Assembly: GCA_963754315.1 (NCBI GenBank)
Contig: CAVWFS010000006.1
Coordinates: forward strand, 96,001 to 160,000
Source of the DNA: an uncultured Candidatus Rokubacteria bacterium
GTDB lineage: Bacteria > Methylomirabilota > Methylomirabilia > Rokubacteriales > CSP1-6
Reading direction: 5' to 3'
Length of the DNA: 64,000 nucleotides
Shown: one piece after another, positions 50,024-60,956 of the stretch
Layout of the letters: each line of letters starts with the position of its first letter
Numbering within the stretch: position 1 is the stretch's first letter
Notes under the pieces: generated by a model
Seen by the model: the letters and a program-made list of their open reading frames with translations, nothing else
The model's database searches: none
What the model was told of the DNA's origin: nothing
Translations under genes and position numbers: made by a program

Positions 50024-50899
50024 TCAGACCTTCTTCATGGGGGCGGCGCCGAACAGGCCGCTCGGCCGCACGACGAGGACGAGGATCAAGAGGATGTACG
50101 TCGAGACCTGCTTGATCCCGGCGTTGAAGAAGTACCCCGAGAGGTTCTCCAGGATTCCCAGCAGCATTCCCCCGACGATCGCGCCCGGGATGCTGCCGAA
50201 CCCTCCCAGGATCGCCCCGGCAAAGGCCTTGACCCCGATGAACCCGAGGTTGGGATCGAGGTAGATGATGGGCGCGATCAGCACGCCGGCCACGCCGCCG
50301 ATGGCGGCGCTGATGGCCCAGGTCATGGAGAAAATCCGCTTCACGCTGACCCCCATGAGGCTGGCGGCGACCTGGCTCTGGGCGGTCGCCCGCATGGCCG
50401 TCCCCATCTTCGTGAACTTGAAGAACAGGTACAGGATGAGCATGATGACGAGGGAGAACCCGATGACCCCCGCGTCCATGATGGAAAAGTTCACCACACC
50501 GACGCGGATGGGATCTTTGGGGAAAATGGTCGGAAGCGGAAGCACGTCGTACCCGTAGGCGATGCCGGCCAGGGAGCGCAGGATGGTCGACGCGCCGATG
50601 GTGGCGATGACGATGCTGAAGATCGGGGCGGTCATGATGGGCCGCACGACCACCCGTTCCAGGATCACTCCCATGACCCCGGAGAGGACGATCGTGATGA
50701 GCAGCACCACCAGGTAGGGGAGCCCGGCCCAGATGAGCAGGGTGTAGCTGATGAAGCCGCTGACCATGACGAACTCGCCCTGGGCGAAGTTCACCACGTC
50801 GGTGGCCTTGTAGATGAGGACGAAGCCGAGAGCGATGAGCGCGTACACGCAGCCGGTCGCCAAGCCGCTGACCACCTGACTGGTCAGGATCTCGACCAT
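50024..50899 (-). CDS. livH: Branched-chain amino-acid ABC permease LivH-like
   Basis: GCVYALIALGFVLIYKATDVVNFAQGE, TKMGTAMRA, LGGFGS.PGA. Confidence 0.93.
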   Translation of the reverse strand: MVEILTSQVVSGLATGCVYALIALGFVLIYKATDVVNFAQGEFVMVSGFISYTLLIWAGLPYLVVLLITIVLSGVMGVILERVVVRPIMTAPIFSIVIATIGASTILRSLAGIAYGYDVLPLPTIFPKDPIRVGVVNFSIMDAGVIGFSLVIMLILYLFFKFTKMGTAMRATAQSQVAASLMGVSVKRIFSMTWAISAAIGGVAGVLIAPIIYLDPNLGFIGVKAFAGAILGGFGSIPGAIVGGMLLGILENLSGYFFNAGIKQVSTYILLILVLVVRPSGLFGAAPMKKV

Positions 50900-50979
50900 C
50901 TCGTCGTCTCCGGTCCGGCGCCGCCGGGGCCGTTCGCCCGCGGCGGCACCTTTCGGATTTCGCTTACGGGACCGCCAGA

Positions 50980-52171
50980 CTAGCGGCGTCCCCCCTCCTG
51001 CAGCTCAACCCAGTCGGTCATCTTCACCCACTTGCCGTCCTTGACGACGACCAGACGCCCCGCGCGACTCATCCCGCGCCGGTTGTCGCCGCCGTAACCG
51101 TACTTGAGGCCCCAGCCCGGGTCCCAGTCCTTGATGGACTCGATCGACTTGAGCAGGGAGTCGCGCGTGAGGGTGCGTCCCGTGCGCTGCAATGCTTCGA
51201 CGAACAGCGCGGCCTTCTGGTACCCGTAGAGATTCGTCGTGTCGAGCGCGAGGGTCGGGGCGTACTTCTTCATGTCAGCCCGATAGAGATCCATGAAGGC
51301 GCCGGGATCGGTGGGGAGCGGATAGACCTCCACCCCGATCACTCCCTCGACGTGCTTGCCGCCCAGCTCGATCGTCTTGTCCAGCACGATGGGCGAGGGA
51401 CCGATGAACAGCGGTTTGTACCCGATGGCGGCACACTGCTCGGCCAGTCTCGGCGGCTCGCGATAGACGGCCTGGAGGATCACGGCCTCGGCCCCCGAGG
51501 CTTTGAGCTTGGCCGCTTGCGAGCTGAAATCGATGTCGGCGCGCTTGTAGTCGACTTCCGCCGTATAGGCAAGCTCGTGCTGCTTCAGGCGAGCCTTGCC
51601 GGCCAGGTGCCCATCGAGGCCGTACTCGTCATCCTGGTAGAAGCTCGCGATCTTCTTGATCTTCCGGTCCTTGACCAGGTAGTCGATGATCATCCAGGTT
51701 TGGTCGGCGTAGGTGGCGAGGTCGCCGACGTGCCACTTTCCCGAGGTTGTCCAGATGCTGGCGAGCGTGGCCGGAAAGATGTTGGGGACTTGCTTCTCGT
51801 CCAGGTAGTCCTTGATCGCCTTCGTGGTCGGCGTGCCCAGGTGTCCCATCATGACAAACACCTTGTCGCGTTCCACCAGGCGCTTGGCGTTGATCACCGC
51901 CTTCGGAGGCTGATACACGTGGTCGTAGGCGATCAGCTTGATCTTGCGCCCGTGGACGCCGCCGGCGTCGTTGACCCGGCTGAAGACGGCTTCCATGCCC
52001 GCCTTGATGTTGACCCCCCAATTGGCCACGGCGCCGGTCAGATCCAGACCGGCCCCCACCGTCACCTCTTTGTCGGTGACCCCGTCCTCCGCGCGGACCG
52101 GCCCGACCGCGCTCACGACCAGGAGGCCGACCAGGGCTACCAGAGCTCCGTCAGCTGACCAGACGTTTCAT
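50980..52171 (-). CDS. Branched-chain amino-acid ABC substrate-binding protein; frameshift in signal peptide
   Basis: GVTDKEVTVG, VNDAGGVHGRKIKL..YD..Y.P, FYQDDEYG; ATG 52171 after AGGAGGAG is out of frame. Confidence 0.9.
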
Positions 52172-52219
52172 GCGACTCCTCCTTCTTCGGCGTGATGGAC
52201 TCAGGAGCTTCCCTCGGAT

Positions 52220-52976
52220 CTAGGAATGCCCCAGGTACGACCGGCGGACGTCGTCATCGCGAAGCAAGTCTCGACTATCGCCGGCCAGCGAAATCGTGCC
52301 CGGTCTCCAGGACATAGCCATAGTCGGCGATCGACAGCGCCTTGTTGGCGTTCTGTTCCACGAGGAGGACGGTCGTCCCGTTGTCGTGGATCTCGCGGAT
52401 GATGCGAAAAATCTCCTCCACCAGCATGGGAGCGAGGCCCAGGGAGGGTTCGTCCAGGAGCATCAGCCGGGGCCGCGCCATCAGCGCGCGTCCAATGGCG
52501 AGCATCTGCTGCTCGCCACCGCTCAGGGTTCCCGCCAGTTGCCAGCGCCGCTCGGCCAGAATGGGAAAGTGCGCCTGCACCTGGTCGAGGCTCTCCTGAA
52601 TGTCGCGCTTGTCGGTCCGGGTGTAGGCTCCCATCTTCAAGTTCTCGAGAACGGTCAGCTCTGGAAACAGCTCGCGGCCCTCCGGGACATGGGAGATGCC
52701 CCGGCGCACGATCTGCTCCGACGCAAGCGCGTCGATGCGGGCCCCCATGAAGGCAATCGTTCCCCGCAGGGGGGGCACCAGGCCGGAGATGGACTTGAGC
52801 GTCGTCGACTTCCCGGCGCCATTGGCACCCAGGAGCGTGACAATCGAACCCTCGGGAACGGTGAAGGAGATCCCTTTGAGCGCCTGGATGCCCCCATAGT
52901 AGGTCTCGATCCGGTCGACGGTCAGTAACGGCTGCCCGGACGAGCGCCGAGAGCCCGGGCTATCGGACTTCGGCAC
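52220..52976 (-). CDS. livF: ABC ATPase LivF-like; frameshift near 52295
   Basis: GANGAGKST, VPEGR, LSGGEQQM, LDEPSLGL, VEQN; tail VRRSYLG in shifted frame. Confidence 0.92.
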
Positions 52977-53741
52977 CAGCGGTCTCCCCCAGGTAGGCCT
53001 TGATGACCTCCGGGGCGTTCTGCACGTCGCGCGCCGTGCCTTCCGCGATCGTGCGCCCGAAATTGAGCACGGTGATGATGTCGCACACATTCATCACGAG
53101 CCCCATGTCGTGCTCGACGAGCAGGATGGTCAGCTTGAAATGATCGCGCACCTTGAACAGAAGCTGTGGGCGAGCGCCTTTGTCTCCGACGTGTTCAATC
53201 CAGAGGCGGGCTCATCCAGGAGCAAGAGCGTGGGCTCAGTCGCGAGGGCTCGCCCCAGCTCCAAGCGCTTCTGCGACCCGAGGGGGAGGTTGCCGGCCAC
53301 CTGGGCCTGGATGTCCCGCAACCCGAGAAACTCCAGGAGCTCCAGGGCCTTGACGCGGACCGCGCGCTCCTCCTTGTGGACGGAGGGAAGGGCCAGCGCC
53401 TCTGCCAGCACCCCGGCCCGCATGTGATGGTGCTTCGCCACCAGGATGTTGTCGAGCGCGCTCATGCTTCGGAAGAGCTGCACGTTCTGGAAAGTCCGCG
53501 CGATGCCAAGGTGGGAGATTTGGTCGGGCCGCAAGCGCGTGATCTCGCGCTCGCCAAAGTGGATGGAACCGCCCGCCGGCCGGTAGAAGCCCGTGATGCA
53601 GTTGAAGATGGTGGTCTTGCCTGCGCCGTTGGGCCCGATCAAACCATGTATTCGACCCGTGTCGATGCTGACGGACACGTGATCGACCGCGCGCAGGCCC
53701 CCGAAGTTGACAGAGAGGTCTCGGATCGACAGACAGGTCAC
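52960..53741 (-). CDS. livG: ABC ATPase LivG-like; frameshift near 53165
   Basis: FGGLRAV, GPNGAGKTT, RTFQN, LDEPASG | LVEHDM, EVIKAYLG. Confidence 0.92.
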
Positions 53742-53908
53742 AAGGATGGCGCCGGCGGAACTTCCAGACGATCGGCCCGAGCGGAGCGTACCGCCATGGC
53801 GACCCTCTTCATCGCGCCTGAATGCGGCCCCGGCGCGAGTTCCGAAGACCCTTGTCTAGCGCTTGACGGACCCGTCCTCGGGCCGACAGCTCGGCCGAGG
53901 CGCGCCGA

Positions 53909-53938
53909 ATGCTACTGCGCGGATGGGGAGCCGGTCAA
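53909..53938 (-). promoter_or_regulatory. Sigma70-type promoter for the liv operon
   Basis: Minus strand TTGACC-18 bp-TAGCAT. Confidence 0.5.
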
Positions 53939-53988
53939 GGGGGTCTTGTTCAGGGTGACGACGCATGGTTGGCGTCACCCTGACGCGC

Positions 53989-55071
53989 TCACCCGAGATG
54001 GGTGATCCGCGGCGCCACCTGCTCCATCAAGAGACGCAAGCTCTCGTGGTCCCAGCCGGCGTCGTCGGAGTCCGTGGTGATCGACAGGAGCGTGCCGAAC
54101 CCACCGCTCTCCTCGTAGAGCTGATGGATCTTCTCCACACACTCGGCGGCGTCGCCCACGATCCACACGTTGTCGAGCAAGTAGTCGACGGTGACGGCCT
54201 CGTCAGGCATGGCCGGGTCGAGCTTGGTCGACGCCATCTGAACGGTGCCCACGCGATTCGGATGCTGATGATCCAGATAGTTCCGACCAAGCACCGCCCG
54301 CGCCCGCTCGCGCGCGGTTCTGGACGTCGGCCCCACCAAAATGTCGCGGGCGATCCGCCACTCACCGCGCTTGGCGGCCACGTGAGCCCGGTGGGCGCCG
54401 TCTTCCACGAGGCGCCAATGGTCGGCGAGATACGCGCGGGACAGGAGCGAGCTCGACATCGGAATCCACCCCCGCTCGCCCGCCATGCGCATGGAACTGG
54501 AGTCGGGGGTGCTGGCCGCGACGGCGATGGGCGGATGCGGCCGCTGATAGGGCTTCATGTAGTAGCCGCGCGCCTTGACCGCATCGAAGGCAGGCGTGTC
54601 GATGGTGAAGAAACGGCCGCGATACGCGAACGGGCCCTCCGACGCCCACAGCTTGAGGACCACGTCCAGGACCTCGGCCGAGCGGGCCCGCACCGAGGTG
54701 GGGTCTGTGTGATCGAGTCCCATCAGCGCCAGATCGGTGGGAATGGCGCCCCCGCCGATCCCCCACTGAAACCTCCCACGGGCCATGTGGTCGAGCATGG
54801 CCACACGATGCGCCAGATACAGGGGATGGTGCAGAGCCAAGAGGGTCACGCCCGTGCCCAGGTGAATGTGCTTTGTCAGGGCCAGAGCCTGGGCGATGAG
54901 CAAATCGGGAGCGGGGGCGTTCTCCCACCGCTCCGTCAGGTGTTCACCCACCCAGGCCTCGCGAAAGCCGAGCCGATCGGCCAGAACGAGCTGCTCGATG
55001 TCGCGATCGTAGGCATCCGCGAACCCACGGCTGGGCGGATGCAGCGGCATCATGAACAGGCCAAACTGCAT
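53989..55071 (-). CDS. LLM-class flavin-dependent monooxygenase
   Basis: FGLFMMPLHP, LGFREAWVGEH, HHP...A...AMLDH.ARGR, KPYQRPHPPI. Confidence 0.9.
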   Translation of the reverse strand: MQFGLFMMPLHPPSRGFADAYDRDIEQLVLADRLGFREAWVGEHLTERWENAPAPDLLIAQALALTKHIHLGTGVTLLALHHPLYLAHRVAMLDHMARGRFQWGIGGGAIPTDLALMGLDHTDPTSVRARSAEVLDVVLKLWASEGPFAYRGRFFTIDTPAFDAVKARGYYMKPYQRPHPPIAVAASTPDSSSMRMAGERGWIPMSSSLLSRAYLADHWRLVEDGAHRAHVAAKRGEWRIARDILVGPTSRTARERARAVLGRNYLDHQHPNRVGTVQMASTKLDPAMPDEAVTVDYLLDNVWIVGDAAECVEKIHQLYEESGGFGTLLSITTDSDDAGWDHESLRLLMEQVAPRITHLG

Positions 55072-55089
55072 GGAAGACCCGCCCCGACG

Positions 55090-55945
55090 TTACCGGATCT
55101 GCTTGTGAACGAACTCGGTGATCATCTCGATGGCGCGATTGGAAGCTGGTGACCCGGCCTTGCGCATGATGAAGCCTTGCCCCTCTCCGTCGAACAGCTC
55201 GAGATCGACCAATCCCCCTGCCTTGCGGTAGGCCGCCACGAAGCGATCGAGCTGAGGCCGTGGGTGGGCGATGTCTTCAGTGCCCTGCAGGTAGAGAACT
55301 GGCGGCAGCTGCACAGCCTCGCCTCGCTCGAGAGCCAGAGCAGGATCGCCGTCGGCCATGGCCTGCTCGCTCTGCCAGTAGGCGTCGTGGCAAGGGAGTA
55401 CCTCGTCCACCAAGGGTGGATAGGGTTGACCGCCAGCCTTGAGGGCCTTGGCGTAGTGATAACGGCCAAGCGGATCGATGACGGGCGCGCACAGGATCAC
55501 GCAGCGCACGGTGGCATCGAGCGCGGATGCCCCGCGATGACGGCAACGACGCGTAGCGAGCATCGAATGGTCGCATGGCCAGCAACATGGCCTGGTGCCC
55601 GCCACTGGAATTGCCCATCGAACCCACCATGTCTGGCCGCCCTCCGAGGTCGGTAGCCCGGGCCTTGAGCCAGCGAATGGCGTAGTGGATGTCCTGGAAC
55701 GAGGCGGGATAGGGGGCCACCGGTGGCTGCCGCCAGTCGAGGGCGGCGACGATCACTCCACTCTTGGCCAGCGGCTCGTGAATCACCTTGTCGCCGAGAC
55801 GATCCCCGCGGCACCAGGCACCGCCGTGCAGCTCGACCATGATGGGAAAGGGCCCCGACCCCTGCGGGCGGTAGAGTCGAACGAGCAGGGGGGTACCAGC
55901 GTGGCGGGAGTACTCAACATCCTCGACCTTGATCTCGTAGCTCAT
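55090..55945 (-). CDS. Alpha/beta hydrolase (HSL-like esterase); frameshift near 55530
   Basis: HGGAW oxyanion motif, GNSSGGH nucleophile elbow, LYLQGTEDIAH. Confidence 0.85.
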
Positions 55946-56047
55946 GGTGGTCTCCTCGCCGCCAAACGTCGCTCAGACCGGCATCCAGAGTCAAGCGGTG
56001 CCCGGCATCTCGATGATATCCTCGGCGAGCCGGGGAGGGGCGAGAGC

Positions 56048-56884
56048 ATGATCGAGGTTCGGCGTCTAGGGCCGCAGATCGGGGCCGAGGTCCGCGGGGT
56101 CGACGTGCGGACGCTTGACGAGACCACGTTCAACACGATCTATCGTGCGTGGCTCGACCACAACGTCGTGGTGGTGCCGGAGCAAGATCTGGAGATCGAG
56201 GAATTTCTGCGCTACAGCCGTCGCTTCGGGGTCGTGCACCCTCACCCCTCCAAGATGACCCGCCACCCGGACTACCCTGAGGTCACGTTGCTTGGCGTCA
56301 ACAAGGTCCAGGCCGACGGAACCCTCAACATGGCCGTCTATCGGCGGGGGGCTGAAGGGTGGCACACGGACGGCGCCTATGATCAAGAACCGTTCAAGGC
56401 TACCCAGCTCTATGCCCTTGCCGTTCCGAGCCGGGGCGGCGACACGCTCTTCGCCAGCATGTACGCCGCCTACGATGCCTTGCCTCGCTCGTTGCAGCAG
56501 CGGGTGGAGGGGCGGCAGGGGGCCTTTACCTATGGTGGCCGACGCAAGGCGACCGCGCTGCTCAACGAGGAAGACCGCGACTGGAAGCCTGTCTTCCATC
56601 CGATCGTTCGTATCCATCCCGAGACCGGGCGCAAGGCGCTGTACTTCGACCCCGGCAAGATCCTACGGGTGGAGGGGCTCGACGAGCGCGAGAGCGACAC
56701 GCTCATCGACGAACTGACGGGCTTCATGATCCAGCCGGAGGGCGAGTACCGTCACACCTGGCACAAGGGCGACATCGTCATCTGGGACAACCGCTGCTCG
56801 TACCACAAAGCGGCCGGCGACTACCCGCCCGAGGAAGATCGCATCCACTGGCGGGTCTCGATCAAGGAGCGCCCGGCGACGTAG
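56048..56884 (+). CDS. TauD/TfdA-family Fe(II)/2-oxoglutarate dioxygenase
   Basis: IGAEVRGVD, WHTD, GGDTLFA, HPIVRIHPETG, WDNR..YH. Confidence 0.93.
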   Translation: MIEVRRLGPQIGAEVRGVDVRTLDETTFNTIYRAWLDHNVVVVPEQDLEIEEFLRYSRRFGVVHPHPSKMTRHPDYPEVTLLGVNKVQADGTLNMAVYRRGAEGWHTDGAYDQEPFKATQLYALAVPSRGGDTLFASMYAAYDALPRSLQQRVEGRQGAFTYGGRRKATALLNEEDRDWKPVFHPIVRIHPETGRKALYFDPGKILRVEGLDERESDTLIDELTGFMIQPEGEYRHTWHKGDIVIWDNRCSYHKAAGDYPPEEDRIHWRVSIKERPAT

Positions 56885-56915
56885 GACCGGGGGCGCCACG
56901 GGGCGCCCGACTACA

Positions 56916-57533
56916 TCAGTACTTTCGGCAGACCAGGCGCAGGTGGTCGCGGAAGTGAGGCTGCAGGCGGCTTGTCCACTCGCTTTCGCGGGCCCGCTTC
57001 CACTCGGCCGATTCCTGCACCTCCGGCCGGGCCAGATGGTAGAGCGCCACGTACGTGCGGTTGCCGCTGCCACGGAAGCGCCGCGCGCAGAGCACGCCGG
57101 GAACGGCCAACAGGGCCGGGATGTGCTCCTTGTCGTACCATTCATTGAACTCGGCCTCGAATCCGGGCGCGATGTTCATGGCGTTCAACAGGAGCCCGCC
57201 AGCCTCGGCGGGCGGGAGCTGATCCCCTGGCAGGATTTGATCACCCTCGAAGCGCATCAGGCGCTCGACCTGACGGGTGACGCGCTTCGACCACGGCGAA
57301 AGGTTGTCGCCTCCGACGGCCAGGTAAGGCGGGCTCTTCAGCACCGCGAGGGACTCGAGGTCGTAGGTTGCCACCGAGACCTTGGGGTCGTACGCCCCGA
57401 TCCAGCGCTGACAGACAAGGAAGCCCGGTATGCGCTGCCGCTCCGGCAAGTGCTCGGTGTCATACCAGTCATGAAACTCATCCTCGGCGGCCTGCCCCAT
57501 GTGCATCGCGGCGATCAGGGTACCCTTGGCCAT
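56916..57533 (-). CDS. Tandem EthD/DUF4286-like alpha-beta barrel protein
   Basis: Two repeats E.EF..WYD.EH.P....PG; SD GAGGAACAGAGG. Confidence 0.75.
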   Translation of the reverse strand: MAKGTLIAAMHMGQAAEDEFHDWYDTEHLPERQRIPGFLVCQRWIGAYDPKVSVATYDLESLAVLKSPPYLAVGGDNLSPWSKRVTRQVERLMRFEGDQILPGDQLPPAEAGGLLLNAMNIAPGFEAEFNEWYDKEHIPALLAVPGVLCARRFRGSGNRTYVALYHLARPEVQESAEWKRARESEWTSRLQPHFRDHLRLVCRKY

Positions 57534-57614
57534 CCTCTGTTCCTCCCATCCTGAGGCTGCGTGTACCATAGTCGCGGTCCCTGCCGAGAGCAAGCGTCGG
57601 CCAAGGAGACAGGC

Positions 57615-59054
57615 GTGCGCAAGATCCTCAGGTCTATGATCATCGCCCTGGTAGTGCTCGCTCCTCTCACGGTCTACGCCCAGGATGGCCGGGCACTGCT
57701 GGACGAGGCGGCCTTGGCCATGGGCGCTGCCAATCTCAAGTCTATCGAGTACACGGCTGCGGGAGTGATCTTCAATGTCGGCCAGAGTGCGGCGCCCGGC
57801 GGGCCGTGGCCGCGGTTCGACCTCAAGAGCTACACACGATCGGTGAACTACGAGACAGCGTCTCATCGGGAGGATCTCGTGCGCGCTCGCACCGATTCGG
57901 TACCCCGAGGTGGCGGCATTCCTGCGATGGGAGAGGCGCGGCTCGTCCTCGTGGCCAGCGGCGATCATGCCTGGAACCTCGCCGGTTCAACGGCGACCGC
58001 GGTCCCCATGTCCCTCATCGACCGACAACTCCAGCTCTGGACCACCCCGCACGGCGTCATCAAGGCGGCCATGGCCAACAACGCGGTGGTCCAGGGCCGG
58101 ACGATCACGTTTATCGTGCCCGGGCGCTTCAAGGCCAGGGCCTGGCTGGGTGATACGAATCTTGTCGACAAGGTCGAGGCTGTGTTCTCGAACCCCGTGG
58201 TGGGCGATATGCCGTTCGAGGTGAGCTATTCCGACTACCAAGACTTCGGCGGCGTGAAGTTTCCCACGAGGATCCGTCAGACGATCGGGTGGTTTCCCGC
58301 CCTCGATCTGACCGTGACCGAGGTCCGGCCCAACGCCCAGGTTGATATCCAGGTGCCGGACAACGTTCGCCAGACCACCAATCCCTACGCGCGGGTGAGT
58401 AGCCATCTGGTTACCGCCGGCGTCTGGTATGTGACGGGCGGGACCCATCACAGTGTGGCGATCGAGATGAAGGACCACATGATCGTCGTGGAAGGGCCGC
58501 TCAACGACGAGCGCGCCGCGGCCGTGATCGACGAAGTCAAGCGGCTCGTGCCGAACAAGCCCATTCGCTACGTCGTGAACAGCCATCACCACTTCGACCA
58601 TGCCGGGGGGATCCGCGCCTTCGTGGCAGAGGGTGCGACCCTCGTGACCCACGAGGCCAACCGCTCCTTCTTCGAGTGGGCGTTGGCAGCTCCTGCCACC
58701 GTGACTCCCGATCGCCTGGCCCGGGAGGCGCGCAAGGCGACAGTGGAGGGTGTGCGCGACAAGCGTGTCCTGACCGACGGGATGCGAACGGTGGAAATCA
58801 TGCATATCGCCGGCAACCTCCATGCCGACGGGATGCTCATGGTTTATCTGCCACGGGAGAAGCTCCTGAGCCAGGCCGATGCCTATTCCCCGTTGGCTCC
58901 GAACGTCGCTCCGCCCGCGGCGGCGAACCCGAACACGGTCAACCTCGCCGACAACATTGCGCGGCTCGGCCTGGCCGTGGACCGGCTGCTCCCCTTGCAT
59001 GGGCGGATCGTTCCTCTGAGCGAGCTTCACAAGACGATCGGTCGCGCCAACTGA
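57615..59054 (+). CDS. Exported metallo-beta-lactamase-fold hydrolase
   Basis: Signal peptide; SHHHFDHAGG, HADG, QAD, PLHG; GTG after AAGGAG. Confidence 0.88.
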   Translation: MRKILRSMIIALVVLAPLTVYAQDGRALLDEAALAMGAANLKSIEYTAAGVIFNVGQSAAPGGPWPRFDLKSYTRSVNYETASHREDLVRARTDSVPRGGGIPAMGEARLVLVASGDHAWNLAGSTATAVPMSLIDRQLQLWTTPHGVIKAAMANNAVVQGRTITFIVPGRFKARAWLGDTNLVDKVEAVFSNPVVGDMPFEVSYSDYQDFGGVKFPTRIRQTIGWFPALDLTVTEVRPNAQVDIQVPDNVRQTTNPYARVSSHLVTAGVWYVTGGTHHSVAIEMKDHMIVVEGPLNDERAAAVIDEVKRLVPNKPIRYVVNSHHHFDHAGGIRAFVAEGATLVTHEANRSFFEWALAAPATVTPDRLAREARKATVEGVRDKRVLTDGMRTVEIMHIAGNLHADGMLMVYLPREKLLSQADAYSPLAPNVAPPAAANPNTVNLADNIARLGLAVDRLLPLHGRIVPLSELHKTIGRAN

Positions 59055-59206
59055 GAGGAGGCCCTCCCGCACAGGCGGCACCTTCGGCGGGGCCCGCCCG
59101 GCAGGACGGTCGAGCCTCGGGGCCGCCATGATAGAGTGTGCTGGAGCCGGGCGGCCGGAAACGGCTCGCCTCAGCTCCTCGATCCCTAATGCCGAGGAGT
59201 CTGCCC

Positions 59207-60922
59207 ATGCGCAGGTACTACGACATCGACCTGACCGACCATACTGTCTCCGCGCGCGAACTGCACGGCGAGGCCATCGTCAAGGCCGGCCGGTATCTCA
59301 TCGCCAAGACGCTCGTGGACATGCAGGTGGCCCAGGTCGATCCCTTGTCGCCGGGGAACCCGCTTATCTTTTCGGCCGGGCCCTTCGCCGGTACGAGCTT
59401 CTCCAACGCCAACCGCACCAGCGTCGGCTGCAAGAGCCCGCTCACCGACGGGGTCAAGGAGGCGAACGGCGGCGGCACCTTCAGCTATGGCCTGGGCCAG
59501 CTCAAGATCGCCGGGTTCACCTTACTTGGTGCCTCTCCGGACTGGGTGGTCGTGCATTTCAAGAAGGACGGCAGCATCCAGTTCGATGACGGTACGCCGT
59601 ACCTGGGCAAGGGCAACTTCGAGGCGAACGACATGCTGCACACAAGCTACGGTAAGAAGGTCACCGTGGCCCTGTGTGGTCCGGTGGGTGAGTACCAGGG
59701 CCTCATCGCGGGCATCGCTTTCAGCGACAAGGACGGTCGCCCGTCGCGTCTGGCGGCGCGTGGTGGCGTGGGCGCCGTGATGGGGAGCAAGAAGGTCAAG
59801 GCGATTGTCGTCGACCTGGATCGTATTCCGCCATTGCACGACGCAAAGAAGGTCAATGCGAGCATCAAGAACTACGCCAAGATGCTGCAGGCCGATTCTA
59901 TGGTCTCGAACTTCTACGCCAAGGTCGGCACCATGGGTATGGCCGATCTCCAGAACTACCTGGGCGGGCTGCCGGTGCGCAACTTCAGTGCGGGCCAGAT
60001 GGCTAACACCGCCGCCGGCGAGACGTTCAAAATGGGAGGCGAGTACATCACGCAGCTCAACACCTCGCGAGGCGGCGAGCAGACACATGCGTGCATGCCG
60101 GGCTGCGTGATCCAGTGCAGTAACGTCTACCACGACGCCAACGGCAAGGAGGTCGTCTCGCCGGTCGAGTACGAGACCCTGGGCCTGCTCGGGACCAACT
60201 GCGGTATCAGCGACCCGGACGACCTGGCCCAGCTCAACTTCATTGCCAACGATCTCGGGGTTGATACGATCGAGACCGGTGCCATGCTGGCCGTCCTCAT
60301 GGAGGCGGGTCTCGGGCGGTTCGGCGATGTGCCCTTCATGGTGGAGTGCCTGGCCGAAATCGGTCGAGCCACCGAAAAAGGCCGTCTGTGGGCGCAGGGC
60401 ACCGCCCGCGTGGGCGAGGCCTACCATGTCCGGCGTGTCCCCGTCATCAAGAAGCAAGCGATCAGCGCCTACGATCCTCGTGTGGTGGAGGCCACGGGTG
60501 TCACCATGATGGCGACCGCCCAGGGAGCCGACCACACGGCCGGCAACCTGCCCCGGCTCAAGACGCGCGAAATGGACGTGGAGGCGATCGTCAGTCAGAG
60601 CCTGCTCCACCAAACGCGCGTGGCCGCCAACGACTCGTTGGGGCTGTGCATCTTCGGCATGAGCGTGACCAATCCGAATGTCCAGTTCATGGTCGACACG
60701 ATGAACGCCGCCCACGGCACCGACCTGACCACCGAGTTCTTCGAGGCCCTGGGTCGGGAGACCCTGCGCCTGGAGTACGAGTTCAATCGCCAAGCTGGCT
60801 TCACGGAGCAAGACGACGAACTGCCCGCGTTCTTCTACAGCGAGGCGTTGCCCCCCACCAATCACGTGGCACGCTTCCACGGCGCCGACGTCCACACCAT
60901 GTACGAGCGGCTGTCGGCATAG
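59207..60922 (+). CDS. Aldehyde:ferredoxin oxidoreductase (tungstopterin AOR family)
   Basis: KSPLT..KEANGGG, AARGGVGAVMGSKKVKAI, CMPGCVIQC, EYETL, GVDTIETG, AYDPR, GADH, GLC.F. Confidence 0.93.
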   Translation: MRRYYDIDLTDHTVSARELHGEAIVKAGRYLIAKTLVDMQVAQVDPLSPGNPLIFSAGPFAGTSFSNANRTSVGCKSPLTDGVKEANGGGTFSYGLGQLKIAGFTLLGASPDWVVVHFKKDGSIQFDDGTPYLGKGNFEANDMLHTSYGKKVTVALCGPVGEYQGLIAGIAFSDKDGRPSRLAARGGVGAVMGSKKVKAIVVDLDRIPPLHDAKKVNASIKNYAKMLQADSMVSNFYAKVGTMGMADLQNYLGGLPVRNFSAGQMANTAAGETFKMGGEYITQLNTSRGGEQTHACMPGCVIQCSNVYHDANGKEVVSPVEYETLGLLGTNCGISDPDDLAQLNFIANDLGVDTIETGAMLAVLMEAGLGRFGDVPFMVECLAEIGRATEKGRLWAQGTARVGEAYHVRRVPVIKKQAISAYDPRVVEATGVTMMATAQGADHTAGNLPRLKTREMDVEAIVSQSLLHQTRVAANDSLGLCIFGMSVTNPNVQFMVDTMNAAHGTDLTTEFFEALGRETLRLEYEFNRQAGFTEQDDELPAFFYSEALPPTNHVARFHGADVHTMYERLSA

Positions 60923-60956
60923 AAGGCAACACTCGCGGGCCTGGGAAGGAGCGATA

